Below are positions 46,011 through 55,913 of a DNA stretch of 64,000 nt, in pieces. The stretch is from Patescibacteria group bacterium (GTDB lineage: Bacteria; Patescibacteriota; Patescibacteriia; 2-12-FULL-57-11), in contig SCUL01000002.1 in NCBI GenBank assembly GCA_004297205.1, positions 658,893 to 722,892 on the forward strand. The letters run 5' to 3'. The notes under the pieces were generated by a model. It did no database searches and had not been told where the DNA came from. It saw only the letters and a program-made list of their open reading frames with translations. How positions within the stretch are numbered: position 1 is the first letter of the stretch; the number at the start of each line of letters is the position of its first letter. Both the position numbers and the translations under genes were made by a program.

Positions 46011-47480
46011 TCAGGTCCTGTCAACGGGGACAGCGACCGCGGGTGCGTCTACAGTCTGTCCGCGGAGCTCGCGCCACGCGGGCCGGACGATGATCTCCGG
46101 ACTGCCGCCGACGATCTCGATGCACTCGACGACGCCGTCGACGGCCCGGCGTCGCAGCACGGGGTCGGGCGAAGCGAGCCACGCCTCGCAGTTCTCCGCG
46201 ATCTCGAGCAGCGCCTGTGTCCCGCGGGTCTCCTCCCCGTCGACCTTGACCGCGCGCAGCCTGCTCTCGCAGGCGCGCATCGCCTGATGGATGTCCGTGA
46301 ACTCCTTCTCGTAGGCGCCGATCGAGACAAGCTCGTTCGCCATCCGCATGACGAGCTGCCGGTACTGGACGTCGAGGCCGCGGCGACCGGCGCGAAGCGC
46401 GCGTACCTGCTCGGCCTGACGCGCAGTCTCCCGACGCATCTCCTCGCGGAGCTGCCGCCGCAGGATTGGTGCAGCACGTTCGGCCAGCCGTAGATCGCGC
46501 ACCTGCCGCACCACCTCCGTCTCGAGCGGCTCCGCTGCGGTGAGGTACCGGCAGGTGCTCCCGGCCCAGTGGCAGCGGTAGTAGGAGTAGACGCGGCCGG
46601 AGGGCTTCACGTGCCGCTCGGGGATCAGGTTCTTCCCGCAGCTCGGGCACCTCACCTTCCCGGAGAGCAGATGCTCGAGCCGTATGCGGGTGCGCCCGCC
46701 CGAGTCCTTCTGACGGAAGACCTCCTGGACGCGGGCGAACACCTCGCGCGAGACGAGCGCCGGGTGCGTTCCGTCGTGCTCGATGCCGCGCACCCGCATG
46801 ATGCCGGCGTAGAACGGGTTCTTGAGCAGGCGGCACAGGCCCGTCGCCGTGACCCGCTTACCGGTCCTCGAGACCAGGCCCTTCCGGTGGAGCTCGTCGG
46901 AGAGGGTGGTCGTCGGTACGGTGCCGGTCGCGAAGCGCTCGAAGGCTTCGCGCATCATCGGCGAGCGAGCCGGGTCGATGAGGACCCGGCCGCGTTCCTT
47001 GAGGTAGCCGACGGGTACCGCCCGAGCCCACCGGCCGCGGCGCAACGACTCGTCGATGCCTTTGCGGATCTCGAGACCGAGATTCGCGCTGTAGAACTCG
47101 GCGTGTGCAGCCATGATGTGTTCGAGGAACTCGCCCATCGGGTTGTCATCGAAACCCTCGACGAGGGAGACGATGCGCACCCCGACGCGGCGGAGCTTTC
47201 CCTTAAGAGTGAGGTAGCCGTAGATGTTCCGGGCGAGCCGATCGACGCGATGGACGAGCAGGACGTCGACCGTGCGGTCCGAGCTCGCGTGCCGCAGCAG
47301 CGACAACAATCCGGTACGTCCACGAAGCGTCTTGCCTGAGCCGACGTCCTGATACTCGCCGGCGATGGGCCAGCGTTCATCGGTAGCCCGGCGCCTGAGC
47401 GCGTGGAGCTGGGCGGGGATCGAGAGATCGCGCTCGGCCTGCTCACCGGTCGAGACGCGGGCGTAGAGAAGGACTGACAT
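46011..47480 (-). CDS. Large serine recombinase (integrase)
   Basis: YARVST catalytic Ser; VDRLARN; PVGY; LKNPFYAG; HPALVSREVF; CPSCG and YYRC zinc ribbon; coiled coil. Confidence 0.93.
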   Translation of the reverse strand: MSVLLYARVSTGEQAERDLSIPAQLHALRRRATDERWPIAGEYQDVGSGKTLRGRTGLLSLLRHASSDRTVDVLLVHRVDRLARNIYGYLTLKGKLRRVGVRIVSLVEGFDDNPMGEFLEHIMAAHAEFYSANLGLEIRKGIDESLRRGRWARAVPVGYLKERGRVLIDPARSPMMREAFERFATGTVPTTTLSDELHRKGLVSRTGKRVTATGLCRLLKNPFYAGIMRVRGIEHDGTHPALVSREVFARVQEVFRQKDSGGRTRIRLEHLLSGKVRCPSCGKNLIPERHVKPSGRVYSYYRCHWAGSTCRYLTAAEPLETEVVRQVRDLRLAERAAPILRRQLREEMRRETARQAEQVRALRAGRRGLDVQYRQLVMRMANELVSIGAYEKEFTDIHQAMRACESRLRAVKVDGEETRGTQALLEIAENCEAWLASPDPVLRRRAVDGVVECIEIVGGSPEIIVRPAWRELRGQTVDAPAVAVPVDRT

Positions 47481-47699
47481 ACTGAGGTGGTTACGGGTTA
47501 CCACCTCAGCGTGCCAAACATCATCTCGAGGACGAACGCGCGTCGTCAGTGGGAGAACGGGACGAAGATGTCCCCACCCAGCATGCAGAATCGTAACGGC
47601 GGTGGGAGGTGGGCGTGGGACACACGATGTCGACAGTTGTCCACAAATCGAGAGCGGTGTGATTGAATTGGCGCCAGCCGGCTGCTGATCTCAAAGAGA

Positions 47700-47730
47700 A
47701 AACCCCTCGGCGCAGGACGTCCGAGGGGTC
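47700..47730 (-). terminator. Terminator after the 47743-48015 gene
   Basis: ACCCCTCGG..CCGAGGGGT with TTTT on the minus strand. Confidence 0.6.
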
Positions 47731-47742
47731 TCGATCGGTGGC

Positions 47743-48015
47743 TCAGCTGACGTTATTGTGCATCCACCGGAGGACGACGTCGTCAAGATTTTCAGACCAC
47801 CAAGAAGTCGTCATCCTGGTGATCAGCAGCCGGTCATTCGCGTCGAGACCGCCGGAGCCAAGGAGGTGGGTACGGAGTTCATCGCCCGAGAGAGACGTCT
47901 TCACCAGCCAGACGGATTCAAGAGGCCTGGCATAGGCGAACTGCCGCAGCGCCGCGTGCAATGTCGAATAGTCCTTCCCCACCTTCCGGAGATCGTAGCT
48001 GACCAAGTAGGTCAT
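47743..48015 (-). CDS. Small ferredoxin-fold (Cas2/VapD-like) protein
   Basis: YLVSYDL...DY..L..AL...LESVWLV...LDANDRLLI. Confidence 0.7.
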   Translation of the reverse strand: MTYLVSYDLRKVGKDYSTLHAALRQFAYARPLESVWLVKTSLSGDELRTHLLGSGGLDANDRLLITRMTTSWWSENLDDVVLRWMHNNVS

Positions 48016-48207
48016 GTGATTGTTGGGCCGCCAGTGTGCTACACTAGTCGTGGTCCTGCTCCACGTCGCGCGTGCTTGGAGCGGCCGCTCTAGGAATGAA
48101 TGGACCGTTATCCCGGTCCATTCGGTATTTTCCCGCAGGTGTGAATCTTTGTCAACTTACTCCACACGGGTTGACAACATCCATGTGCCTTGTAAAGATA
48201 GACCTCT

Positions 48208-48561
48208 ATGCAAACCCTTGGTGAGAAGATCAAGGTTCTCCGGGTGGCCAAGGGAATGACGCAGGAGGATCTGGCCGGGAAGCTTGGCTACTCGAAGTCT
48301 TTCATTTCCTATATTGAGAGTGGCGAGCGGAATCTGAGTGACGTCGATACCGATCGTATCGCGAAATGCCTAGAAGTGAGCGCGGAAGACCTTCGTTCGA
48401 AAGGTGCCGTCGTTTCGTTTCAGTTTCGTTCATCGAAGGTCGGCACAGACGAGGAGCACCGCAAGGTTGCTCAGAAGTTCACAGATTACGCGAGGAAACT
48501 AATCGAGGATTCGGATTCCAACCAGGAAGCCAGCGTATGGAAGGGCAGTCAGAAAAGATAA
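48208..48561 (+). CDS. XRE family HTH regulator
   Basis: LGEKIKVLR..KGMTQEDLA..LGYSKSFISYIESGER. Confidence 0.92.
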   Translation: MQTLGEKIKVLRVAKGMTQEDLAGKLGYSKSFISYIESGERNLSDVDTDRIAKCLEVSAEDLRSKGAVVSFQFRSSKVGTDEEHRKVAQKFTDYARKLIEDSDSNQEASVWKGSQKR

Positions 48562-49013
48562 GAGGAATATTGAAACAAGCGGGCATTACTGTTCCGCCCG
48601 TGGACGTCACAAAGGTGGCCGAGCTGTTTTCGATCCCTGTCATTCCCTACCCAGACTTCCCCGAAGACATCTCGGGGACCATCGTCCGTTTGGATGACAA
48701 CGGCAAGGCGGTGATCGGCATCAATCAGAAACACGCGGCCGTTCGGCAGCGGTTCACGGTGGCGCACGAATTGGGTCACTACCTCTGCGGCCATGACGAC
48801 CGCACCATTGTCGATGATCGTCTCGACAAGGACAGTCCGAAGGAAACCGAAGCCAACCGTTTCGCAGCGGAGCTTCTCATGCCTCGGGATTTGCTTGTCG
48901 TTGACCTAAAGAAGGGTCGCTTTGATATACCTGCTCTAGCTCAGCGCTACCAGGTGAGTGAGCAGGCGATGTCGGTAAGGTTGCTCCAGTCCGGATTGCT
49001 GAAGAAGTTCTAA
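48537..49013 (+). CDS. ImmA/IrrE family metallopeptidase
   Basis: PPVDV; RQRFTVAHELGH; ETEANRFAAELLMP; VSEQAMSVRL. Confidence 0.92.
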   Translation: MEGQSEKIRGILKQAGITVPPVDVTKVAELFSIPVIPYPDFPEDISGTIVRLDDNGKAVIGINQKHAAVRQRFTVAHELGHYLCGHDDRTIVDDRLDKDSPKETEANRFAAELLMPRDLLVVDLKKGRFDIPALAQRYQVSEQAMSVRLLQSGLLKKF

Positions 49014-49099
49014 GTGCGATTCCACTTCGCTTTCAGGAAGTGATTTCTAACATCGTTGATTGGGGTCCACCAAAAGGATTCCAGCATTTGCCATGAAAT

Positions 49100-49660
49100 A
49101 TGCCTGATGAACAAAAAGAAAAGATCGAGATTGCGAGACATTTCGATACTCAGCTTTGGGCAATTCCAGCAGTATTTGTAACCATGGTCGCGTTTCTTTC
49201 TGAAGGACTCGACAAGAAAGACTTTGTAGGTTGGTGGAATTTTTGCTTTTTTCTGACAGCAGCCGCCTTTTCCTGGCTCCTGTTGTTGCTTTTTAATAAA
49301 GTTCACTTTCAACAACTGAGGCTTAGTCACCCTTCAAAGAAAAGCGCGCCCCAGGAGAGCGAGGACAAGGGCGACAAAGAACTCGCGCTTGATTCATTTT
49401 TTTCGCTCTCGAGAGGTGAAGTTGTTCAAGAGGTTCAACGACTAAAGGGTGAGGGCGTGGATATATCACTTTGGCAAGAGTGGCTTGCAAAGCGGACCGT
49501 GGCGGCATGGTGGCGCATTGTCATGACCCTTTTCGCTGTTGGAACTCTTGTGGTAGCTGCATACATTTTTTTCATTCTGATCGGTGATTGTGCAACGCGG
49601 ACGCAGAGTCGGCCTTTTGTTCAGTGTGTAATATCAGCAAAGGCGATTACATATAATTAA
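49100..49660 (+). CDS. Hypothetical membrane protein (3 TM)
   Basis: AT-rich ORF with three hydrophobic segments. Confidence 0.65.
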   Translation: MPDEQKEKIEIARHFDTQLWAIPAVFVTMVAFLSEGLDKKDFVGWWNFCFFLTAAAFSWLLLLLFNKVHFQQLRLSHPSKKSAPQESEDKGDKELALDSFFSLSRGEVVQEVQRLKGEGVDISLWQEWLAKRTVAAWWRIVMTLFAVGTLVVAAYIFFILIGDCATRTQSRPFVQCVISAKAITYN

Positions 49661-49663
49661 GAT

Positions 49664-50125
49664 ATGGATGATCGGGCATTTCTCGAGATCGCAGTAGATG
49701 TTTCTCGGGAATCAGTTATTCTCGGCGGTTTTCCCGTCGGGGCGATCATTGTTCGAGAAGGAGAAATCATTTCGCGCGGCGTCAGCAATGGCAAGCAGCT
49801 GAAAGATCCGACCAGTCACGCTGAAATCGCCGCCATCCGTGACGCCTGTCAGAAGTTGCAGAGGCAGAGTTTGAAAGATGCGGTTCTTTACTCGTCGATG
49901 GAGCCGTGCCTGATGTGCTTTGCTGCGGCGACGTGGGCCTCCGTACCGAGAATAGTGTATGCCTGTGGCAGGGCACGGGTGGGTGAAGAGCATTTTGAAG
50001 GCGCGCACGATGTCCCCGCGTTGAATGCACGTGCCCGCAAGCCCATCGAATTCCTCCACATCACCACCCTCGAAGAAACGGCGGCCCAAGTGATAAGCGA
50101 ATGGAAAACGGAATCCTCGCGATAA
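49664..50125 (+). CDS. Zn-dependent nucleoside/nucleobase deaminase (TadA/GuaD family)
   Basis: PVGAII; DPTSHAE; EPCLMC. Confidence 0.9.
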   Translation: MDDRAFLEIAVDVSRESVILGGFPVGAIIVREGEIISRGVSNGKQLKDPTSHAEIAAIRDACQKLQRQSLKDAVLYSSMEPCLMCFAAATWASVPRIVYACGRARVGEEHFEGAHDVPALNARARKPIEFLHITTLEETAAQVISEWKTESSR

Positions 50126-50208
50126 GAGAGGATAAATTCGGTGAAATAGCTGCTAGAATCAGAGAGGTGGAGGGACGGTCGTAGCCGTTGGCGGCTTACT
50201 TGAATACC

Positions 50209-51099
50209 ATGCATTGGATTTCACTCTCCTTGCTTGGCCCGCTCTTTTGGGCCTCATCTAATTTCGTCGATAAGTACATCCTCAGTAAACACTCGAAGGG
50301 GATCTTCGACTTCCTTTTCTTTTCAACAATCACGAGTTGGTTCTTGTTTGTCCTTCTGTTTATTTTTGTCGGGATGCCGGAACTGACGGTGTACTCATGG
50401 ATACCTATTTTGACGGGAGTCATCCTCATCTACTCGTACGGCTTCTACGGAAAGGCGCTCGAACAGGGGGACACATCGGCGCTCGTCATTCTGTTCAAGT
50501 TGATTCCAGTTATCACGCTCATCCTGGCGTTCGTCTTTTTAGGTCAAACCGTATCTTCTCGTGAGCTGCTCGGTTTTTTGATCGTTCTTGCGGGAGCAAC
50601 GATCGTTTCGTTTGAAAAAAGCAGAGGCGTCCTTATCAAAGGTTTTGGCATGATACTCATTGCCATATTCATGTGGTCCGTGATGACCCTTTTCATCGAT
50701 TACGGACTCACAAAGATGTCTTTCTGGGATTACTTTTTGCTCGATACTTTGGGTTCAGCGATAGCCGGACTGACGTTTTTTATTGTTCCCGCGATGCGGA
50801 GACAAATCATTGATGGGTTGAAAACTGCCACCACCGGTAAATATGTTTGGTTTTCCGGAAACAATCTTTTGGATTTCTTTGGCCAAATGAGCGTTAAGAA
50901 GGCTCTTGCGATTGCTCCCTCTGCCGGCCTGGTGACGGTCGTCACGCAAGTACAATCTTTCTATGCGATAGTGATTGGACTTGTGCTGACGCTCCTCATC
51001 CCCAAGATCATAAAGGAAGACATCTCCAGGTTTACTTTAGTGAAAAGATTCGTTGGCGCTTTGATCATGTTCTCGGGAGTCTATATTTTGTTGGCGTAG
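50209..51099 (+). CDS. EamA/DMT family transporter
   Basis: About 10 TMs in two repeats; FWASSNFVDK. Confidence 0.85.
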   Translation: MHWISLSLLGPLFWASSNFVDKYILSKHSKGIFDFLFFSTITSWFLFVLLFIFVGMPELTVYSWIPILTGVILIYSYGFYGKALEQGDTSALVILFKLIPVITLILAFVFLGQTVSSRELLGFLIVLAGATIVSFEKSRGVLIKGFGMILIAIFMWSVMTLFIDYGLTKMSFWDYFLLDTLGSAIAGLTFFIVPAMRRQIIDGLKTATTGKYVWFSGNNLLDFFGQMSVKKALAIAPSAGLVTVVTQVQSFYAIVIGLVLTLLIPKIIKEDISRFTLVKRFVGALIMFSGVYILLA

Positions 51100-51241
51100 T
51101 TTTTCAATCGGGCGGAACAAAAGCCGAGGCGGGGTGAGTCCCGTTACGCTCGGGTTGCGATTACCGCCAGTGCCTTCGTAGTCGATACGGTGATACAATG
51201 CTTCCGTCGATCATGGCCATTCATCATTTAACAGAACGGGT

Positions 51242-51589
51242 ATGCCATACAGCTGCGGAGAAAACAAGCATCGAGCGATCGTTTTGGCGATCGCCGCGGC
51301 ACATGACACGAAGGATGCGGCCGTCGCAGAGGCAAAGAAACTCTTTGAGGACATCGTGCAGAAAGATTTCGACGGTCATGTCAAAGAGGCATGTCCTCGG
51401 GGGAAATGTCCTGAAGCCCATATTTTCGGCTCCGTGGATCCCAACCCCCCGAAAATCGACGCGCATCAGGATCGCCAGGGGAAGTGGGTCTGTGGCATTT
51501 CAAGTAACCTCATCATCGACGTCTACTGTCTGCCTAAATCTGAAACGGGACCCGTTACCTTCCCTCCGACTATCGAGTGGGAAGAATAG
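51242..51589 (+). CDS. Hypothetical protein
   Basis: ORF track; followed by a terminator at 51608-51633. Confidence 0.55.
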   Translation: MPYSCGENKHRAIVLAIAAAHDTKDAAVAEAKKLFEDIVQKDFDGHVKEACPRGKCPEAHIFGSVDPNPPKIDAHQDRQGKWVCGISSNLIIDVYCLPKSETGPVTFPPTIEWEE

Positions 51590-51607
51590 ACTCGACTTCG
51601 CCATCGC

Positions 51608-51633
51608 ACGCCGCGGTTACCCCGCGGCGTTTT
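51608..51633 (+). terminator. Rho-independent terminator
   Basis: ACGCCGCGG-TTAC-CCCGCGGCGT followed by TTT. Confidence 0.7.
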
Positions 51634-51636
51634 GTA

Positions 51637-51665
51637 TTGACGCGCGTTTTGGGCGGGGGTATGGT
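51637..51665 (+). promoter_or_regulatory. sigma70 promoter
   Basis: TTGACG-N17-TATGGT. Confidence 0.55.
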
Positions 51666-51689
51666 CGCGCCGGTGGAAGGAGGACCACG

Positions 51690-52472
51690 ATGCCCAGTTA
51701 CGTCGGCGTAACCGGATTCACACAGCACGACCAGGTGATGCGCGCGCTCCAGGCGGTGCCGGAGCGTTCGGCCCGGAAGTTCATGGTGGGCGTGTTGGCG
51801 AGCGCCAAGTCGCTGCGCGGCATCCCGCTCAAGCCGGAGTGGCAGGATCGTTACCCGAAGCGCGAGGAGATCGCCGGGATCTTCCCGGACGATCCGCGCA
51901 CGCTCAACCTGGTGCACTACGCGCCCGGGGAGGAGTACCGGGAGACGTTGATCAACGACCTCATCGCGCTCAGCGAAATGGCCGGCCCGCGTTTGCACGG
52001 TTTTCAGCTGAACGCCGCCTGGCCGCGGCCGACCACGCTCGGCGTCTACAGGGAACACTGCGGCTACCGCAACGACGTCATCGTGCTCCAGCTCGGACGG
52101 GCCGCGCTCGCCGAAATGGCGGGCGACCACCGTGCCGTGGCGGAGCGGGTCCGGGAATACGGCGCGCTCATCGACGCCGTGCTCGTGGATCCGAGCTGCG
52201 GCACGGGGCAGCCGTTCGACGCCCGCGCTGCGCGGGCTCTCCTGGCCGCCGTCGCCGACCGCTGTCCGCATCTCGGTCTCGGCGTGGCCGGCGGACTTGG
52301 TCCGGATCGGCTCGACGCGGCGCTTGAGCTGGCGACGGATTTCCCCCGGCTCTCGATCGATGCCGAGGGACGGCTGCGGAGCCCCGACGGGCTGAATGAG
52401 CACGTCGTGTCTGCCTACCTGCAGCAGGCCTACGGCGTACTCGACCGCGTCCCGTACGCATTGCCGGCCTGA
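51690..52472 (+). CDS. TIM-barrel protein, phosphoribosylanthranilate isomerase-like
   Basis: AAGGAGG SD; YVGVTG; FQLN; VLVDPSCGTG; VAGGLGP; SIDAEGRLR. Confidence 0.7.
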   Translation: MPSYVGVTGFTQHDQVMRALQAVPERSARKFMVGVLASAKSLRGIPLKPEWQDRYPKREEIAGIFPDDPRTLNLVHYAPGEEYRETLINDLIALSEMAGPRLHGFQLNAAWPRPTTLGVYREHCGYRNDVIVLQLGRAALAEMAGDHRAVAERVREYGALIDAVLVDPSCGTGQPFDARAARALLAAVADRCPHLGLGVAGGLGPDRLDAALELATDFPRLSIDAEGRLRSPDGLNEHVVSAYLQQAYGVLDRVPYALPA

Positions 52473-52560
52473 GGAGTTCGTTCGGCCCCACCGGAGGTGT
52501 CGGCCTCAGGACGTCGCACGCCATTGATGCGTGCGACGCTTTTTTATGTATCATGTCGGC

Positions 52561-53325
52561 ATGCCGAAACGCCTCCTCACGCTCGCCGCTGCAATTGCGC
52601 TCCTCGGCGCGTCTTGTTCATCCCCGCCCGCGACCGGCTATCTGCCGCCGCCGGCGGAGCAGCCGCCGCTGGTTGCACCCGCCCGCGAACAGAATCTGAT
52701 CGTCGAAGAGCGCACCGCTTCTTCGTCACGGTTTTTGGTGATCCGGCAGAAGGAGCCGCAGGTGAAGCTGGCGCTTATTCGCCCGGACGAGAACGATCCG
52801 GACATCCTCCTGTCCGTCCCCGGCACGTACACGTCTCCTCAGGATACCATCGAAGGCTACGTCGTGCTCGACGGGCAGATCGTGCAACAAAAGGAACGGC
52901 AGGGCTGGGACGGCGCGATCGCGTTCAAGGACGGCGGCGTCGACATCCGCCAAACCAACCGCGGGCGCGCGCTCACCAAAGAGGCGCTGGCCGACATCGC
53001 TGCACAGGGCGCCTCGCTCATCCAGGTGCATCTGCTTGTCAAAGACGGGACGCCGCAGCACTTCAAGGAACAGCCGCCGACGTTGCGCCGTGCGTTGGCT
53101 GTGATGAAAGATGGCACGCCGGCCGTGATCGAAAGCCGCGACTTCTTCGACCTGAACGCCTTTGCCGCGTTGCTCGTCGAGCTCGGCGCGCGCGACGCCG
53201 CCAACCTCGACATGGGCAGCTGGAGTGCCGGCTGGTACAGGGGCGGCGATGGCCGGCCGGTGCCGATCGGCTATCCGCATGAAAACGCCAAGCGGCAGAC
53301 GAACTGGATCGTCTTCGGGGAGTGA
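52561..53325 (+). CDS. Lipoprotein, phosphodiester glycosidase (NAGPA)-like
   Basis: LLGAS-C lipobox; RRALAV; AANLDMGSWS. Confidence 0.65.
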   Translation: MPKRLLTLAAAIALLGASCSSPPATGYLPPPAEQPPLVAPAREQNLIVEERTASSSRFLVIRQKEPQVKLALIRPDENDPDILLSVPGTYTSPQDTIEGYVVLDGQIVQQKERQGWDGAIAFKDGGVDIRQTNRGRALTKEALADIAAQGASLIQVHLLVKDGTPQHFKEQPPTLRRALAVMKDGTPAVIESRDFFDLNAFAALLVELGARDAANLDMGSWSAGWYRGGDGRPVPIGYPHENAKRQTNWIVFGE

Positions 53326-53366
53326 ACCGGGCCATCAGGGTCCGGTTTTGGTATGATGCTCCCGAT

Positions 53367-55913
53367 ATGGAGGAACGCCGGTATCTGGCGCATGCGACGC
53401 GCAGCGTGGAGGAATCCCTGCGCATGCTTGGCAGTGCGCCGGAAGGACTCACGGTACGCGAGGCCGTCGGCCGGCTGCACTCGGTCGGCGAGAACCGGCT
53501 GACGACGCGGCGCGTCACGCCGCAGCGCGTCCTGGCCCGCCAGTTCCGCTCGGCCTACGTCGGCCTGCTGCTCGTGGCCGCGCTGATTGCGCTCGGCCTC
53601 GGTGAGCGGCTCGATGCCGCGCTCATCCTGTTGTTCGTCGTCCTGAACGCGACGCTCGGGTTCTTCCAGGAATACCGCGCCGAGCGGGCGCTCGAATTGC
53701 TGCGTCTGCTCGTCCCCAAAAAGGCGCGCGTGCGGCGCGACGGAACGGAACAGCTCTTGGAGGCCGCGCATCTCGTGCCGGGCGACGTGGTCCGGCTCGT
53801 GCCCGGCGACCAGGTGCCGGCCGACCTGCGCGTCATCACCGCCGAGGGGCTGCTCGTCGACGAGTCGGCGCTCTCCGGCGAGTCGGCGCCGGCCGCCAAA
53901 GACGCGCGGCCGCTCGCAAAGCCGCCGGCCACCGATCTGGAAGCGCGCAACGTCCTGTTCTCCGGCACCGCCGTCGTCTCCGGCACCGCCGAAGGCGTCG
54001 TCGTGGCCACCGCCGGACGCACCGTGGTCGGGGAGTTGGCGCGCACCGTTGCGGAGACGCCGGAGACCTCCGAGCTCGCCCGGACGCTCGCCGGCTTCGG
54101 CCGTTTTTCGATGGCGCTGACGTTCGTGACGCTCGCCGTCATCTTTTGCGTGAAGTACCTGCTCGCACCCGGGCAGTTCAATGCCGCCGATTATCTGATT
54201 TTTGCGATCGCTCTGGCGGTCGGCGTGATTCCGGAGGCGTTGCCGCTCGTCGTCACGGTCTCGCTGTCCGCCGGCGCGCATCGTCTGGCCCGCAAGAAAG
54301 TCGTGCCGCGCCGGCTGTCCGCCATCGAAGACCTGGGTTCGATCCAGGTGCTGTGCACGGACAAGACCGGCACCATCACCGAGAACGCCATGTCGGTCGC
54401 GGACGTGGCCGGGGAGCGCACCGCGGTGCTTGCGGCCGCGCTTGCCGCCGCGCCGTCCGACGCCTTTGCCGAACACCAGCCGGGCAACGCGTTTGATCGC
54501 GCGCTCGCCGCCGCGGCCAACGTCGAGGCGCGCGCCGCTGCCGGCAGCGCCAAGAGAGTCCAAGAAATCCCGTTCACGCCGGAGCGGCGCCGCAACGTCA
54601 TGCGGCTTCAGGACGCGCGCGGCAACGAACGGCTCGTGGTCCGCGGCGCGCCGGAGGTCGTCCTGCCGCTGTGCGCGGCGGGGCTGGCCGCCGGTCCGCT
54701 TGCCGACTGGGTGGCAGAGCGCGGCCGGGAAGGCAAGCGCGTGCTTGCCGTGGCCGAGAAAGCCGTGGCGCGCGGCGAGGACACCGCCGCCGCGGAGACC
54801 GGCGGCTTCACCTTGCTCGGCGCCGCGGCTTTCGCCGACCCGTTGAAGCGGGACGCCGCAAGCACCATCGCCCGTGCCCGCGCGGCCGGCATCCAGGTCA
54901 AGATTCTGACCGGCGACGGGCCGGACGTCGCGGGCGCCGTCGGCGTGGCCGTGGGGCTTGTGGCGCGGCCGGAGGATGTCGTGACCGGCGCCGCCTTCAG
55001 CGCGCTGAGCTCTTCGGAGAAGCACGTCATCGCCCATGAGCGTCACGTCTTCGCCCGCGTCTCGCCGGCGCAGAAGTTCGAGATCATCGCCATTCTCAAG
55101 GAGCTGCAGGTCGTCGGCTTCCTGGGAGAAGGCTTCAACGACGCGCCGGGGCTCAAACTCGCGCACGTCGGGCTCGCCGTGGACAAGGCCGCCGACGTCG
55201 CCAAGGACGCGGCCGACATCATCCTCCTGAACCACGGCCTGCACGTGATCGTGGACGGCATCATGGAAGGGCGGCGCACCTTCTCGAACACCATGAAGTA
55301 CGTGCGCAACACGCTGTCCGCGAATTTCGGCAATTTCTTCGCGGTGGCGCTGTCCTCGCTGTTCGTGCCGTTCCTGCCGATCCTGCCGGTCCAGATCCTG
55401 CTCATCAACCTGCTGTCCGATTTCCCGATGATCTCGATCGCCACCGACCGCGTCGAGCCGGAAGACCTGCGCCGGCCGGCGGTGGCGCACATCCGGGACG
55501 TGGTGCTGTTCGCGCTCGTGCTCGGGCTCGTGTCCACGGTCTTCGATTTCATCTTTTTCGGCTGGTTCGTCCGTTTCGGCGAGCGGCCGTTGCAGACGAT
55601 GTGGTTCATGGGGTCGATCCTGACCGAACTCGTTCTGTTCTACTCGCTGCGCACCGCGCGTCCGTTCTGGAAGGGCGGTCGGCCGAGCCTGCTCGTGATG
55701 GCGCTGACCTGCGTTGCGACTGCGGCGACGCTCACCCTGCCGTACCTGATCGTCGCCCGCGGCGTCTTCCACTTCGTGCGTCCGGCGCCGGAGTGGATGA
55801 CCGCGGTCGTCGGCATCACCGCCGCCTACTTCGTCACGACGGAAATCGTGAAACTTGCCTACGAGAAGCTCCTTGGGGTACGAAACGGGGAGCATGTCCA
55901 TGATGTTTCCTGA
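53367..55913 (+). CDS. Cation-transporting P-type ATPase (MgtA-like)
   Basis: SGES, IPEALP, DKTGT, LTGD; hinge variant GEGFNDAPGL. Confidence 0.93.
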   Translation: MEERRYLAHATRSVEESLRMLGSAPEGLTVREAVGRLHSVGENRLTTRRVTPQRVLARQFRSAYVGLLLVAALIALGLGERLDAALILLFVVLNATLGFFQEYRAERALELLRLLVPKKARVRRDGTEQLLEAAHLVPGDVVRLVPGDQVPADLRVITAEGLLVDESALSGESAPAAKDARPLAKPPATDLEARNVLFSGTAVVSGTAEGVVVATAGRTVVGELARTVAETPETSELARTLAGFGRFSMALTFVTLAVIFCVKYLLAPGQFNAADYLIFAIALAVGVIPEALPLVVTVSLSAGAHRLARKKVVPRRLSAIEDLGSIQVLCTDKTGTITENAMSVADVAGERTAVLAAALAAAPSDAFAEHQPGNAFDRALAAAANVEARAAAGSAKRVQEIPFTPERRRNVMRLQDARGNERLVVRGAPEVVLPLCAAGLAAGPLADWVAERGREGKRVLAVAEKAVARGEDTAAAETGGFTLLGAAAFADPLKRDAASTIARARAAGIQVKILTGDGPDVAGAVGVAVGLVARPEDVVTGAAFSALSSSEKHVIAHERHVFARVSPAQKFEIIAILKELQVVGFLGEGFNDAPGLKLAHVGLAVDKAADVAKDAADIILLNHGLHVIVDGIMEGRRTFSNTMKYVRNTLSANFGNFFAVALSSLFVPFLPILPVQILLINLLSDFPMISIATDRVEPEDLRRPAVAHIRDVVLFALVLGLVSTVFDFIFFGWFVRFGERPLQTMWFMGSILTELVLFYSLRTARPFWKGGRPSLLVMALTCVATAATLTLPYLIVARGVFHFVRPAPEWMTAVVGITAAYFVTTEIVKLAYEKLLGVRNGEHVHDVS

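Larger units (their letters stand above)
45012..51600. mobile_element. Genomic island next to tRNA-Ala with a large serine recombinase (right end approximate)
   Basis: Starts at tRNA 3' end; recombinase, XRE/ImmA pair; visibly lower GC, especially 48-51.6 kb; no att repeat found. Confidence 0.6.

Noticed and set aside
47743-48015. Cas2 as evidence of a CRISPR-Cas locus
   Set aside because: Only fold-level resemblance; no cas1, other cas genes or array nearby.
45012-51700. attR duplicate of the tRNA-Ala 3' end
   Set aside because: No repeat of CCCTCGCGGTCCACCA seen by eye, so the island's right boundary is undefined.
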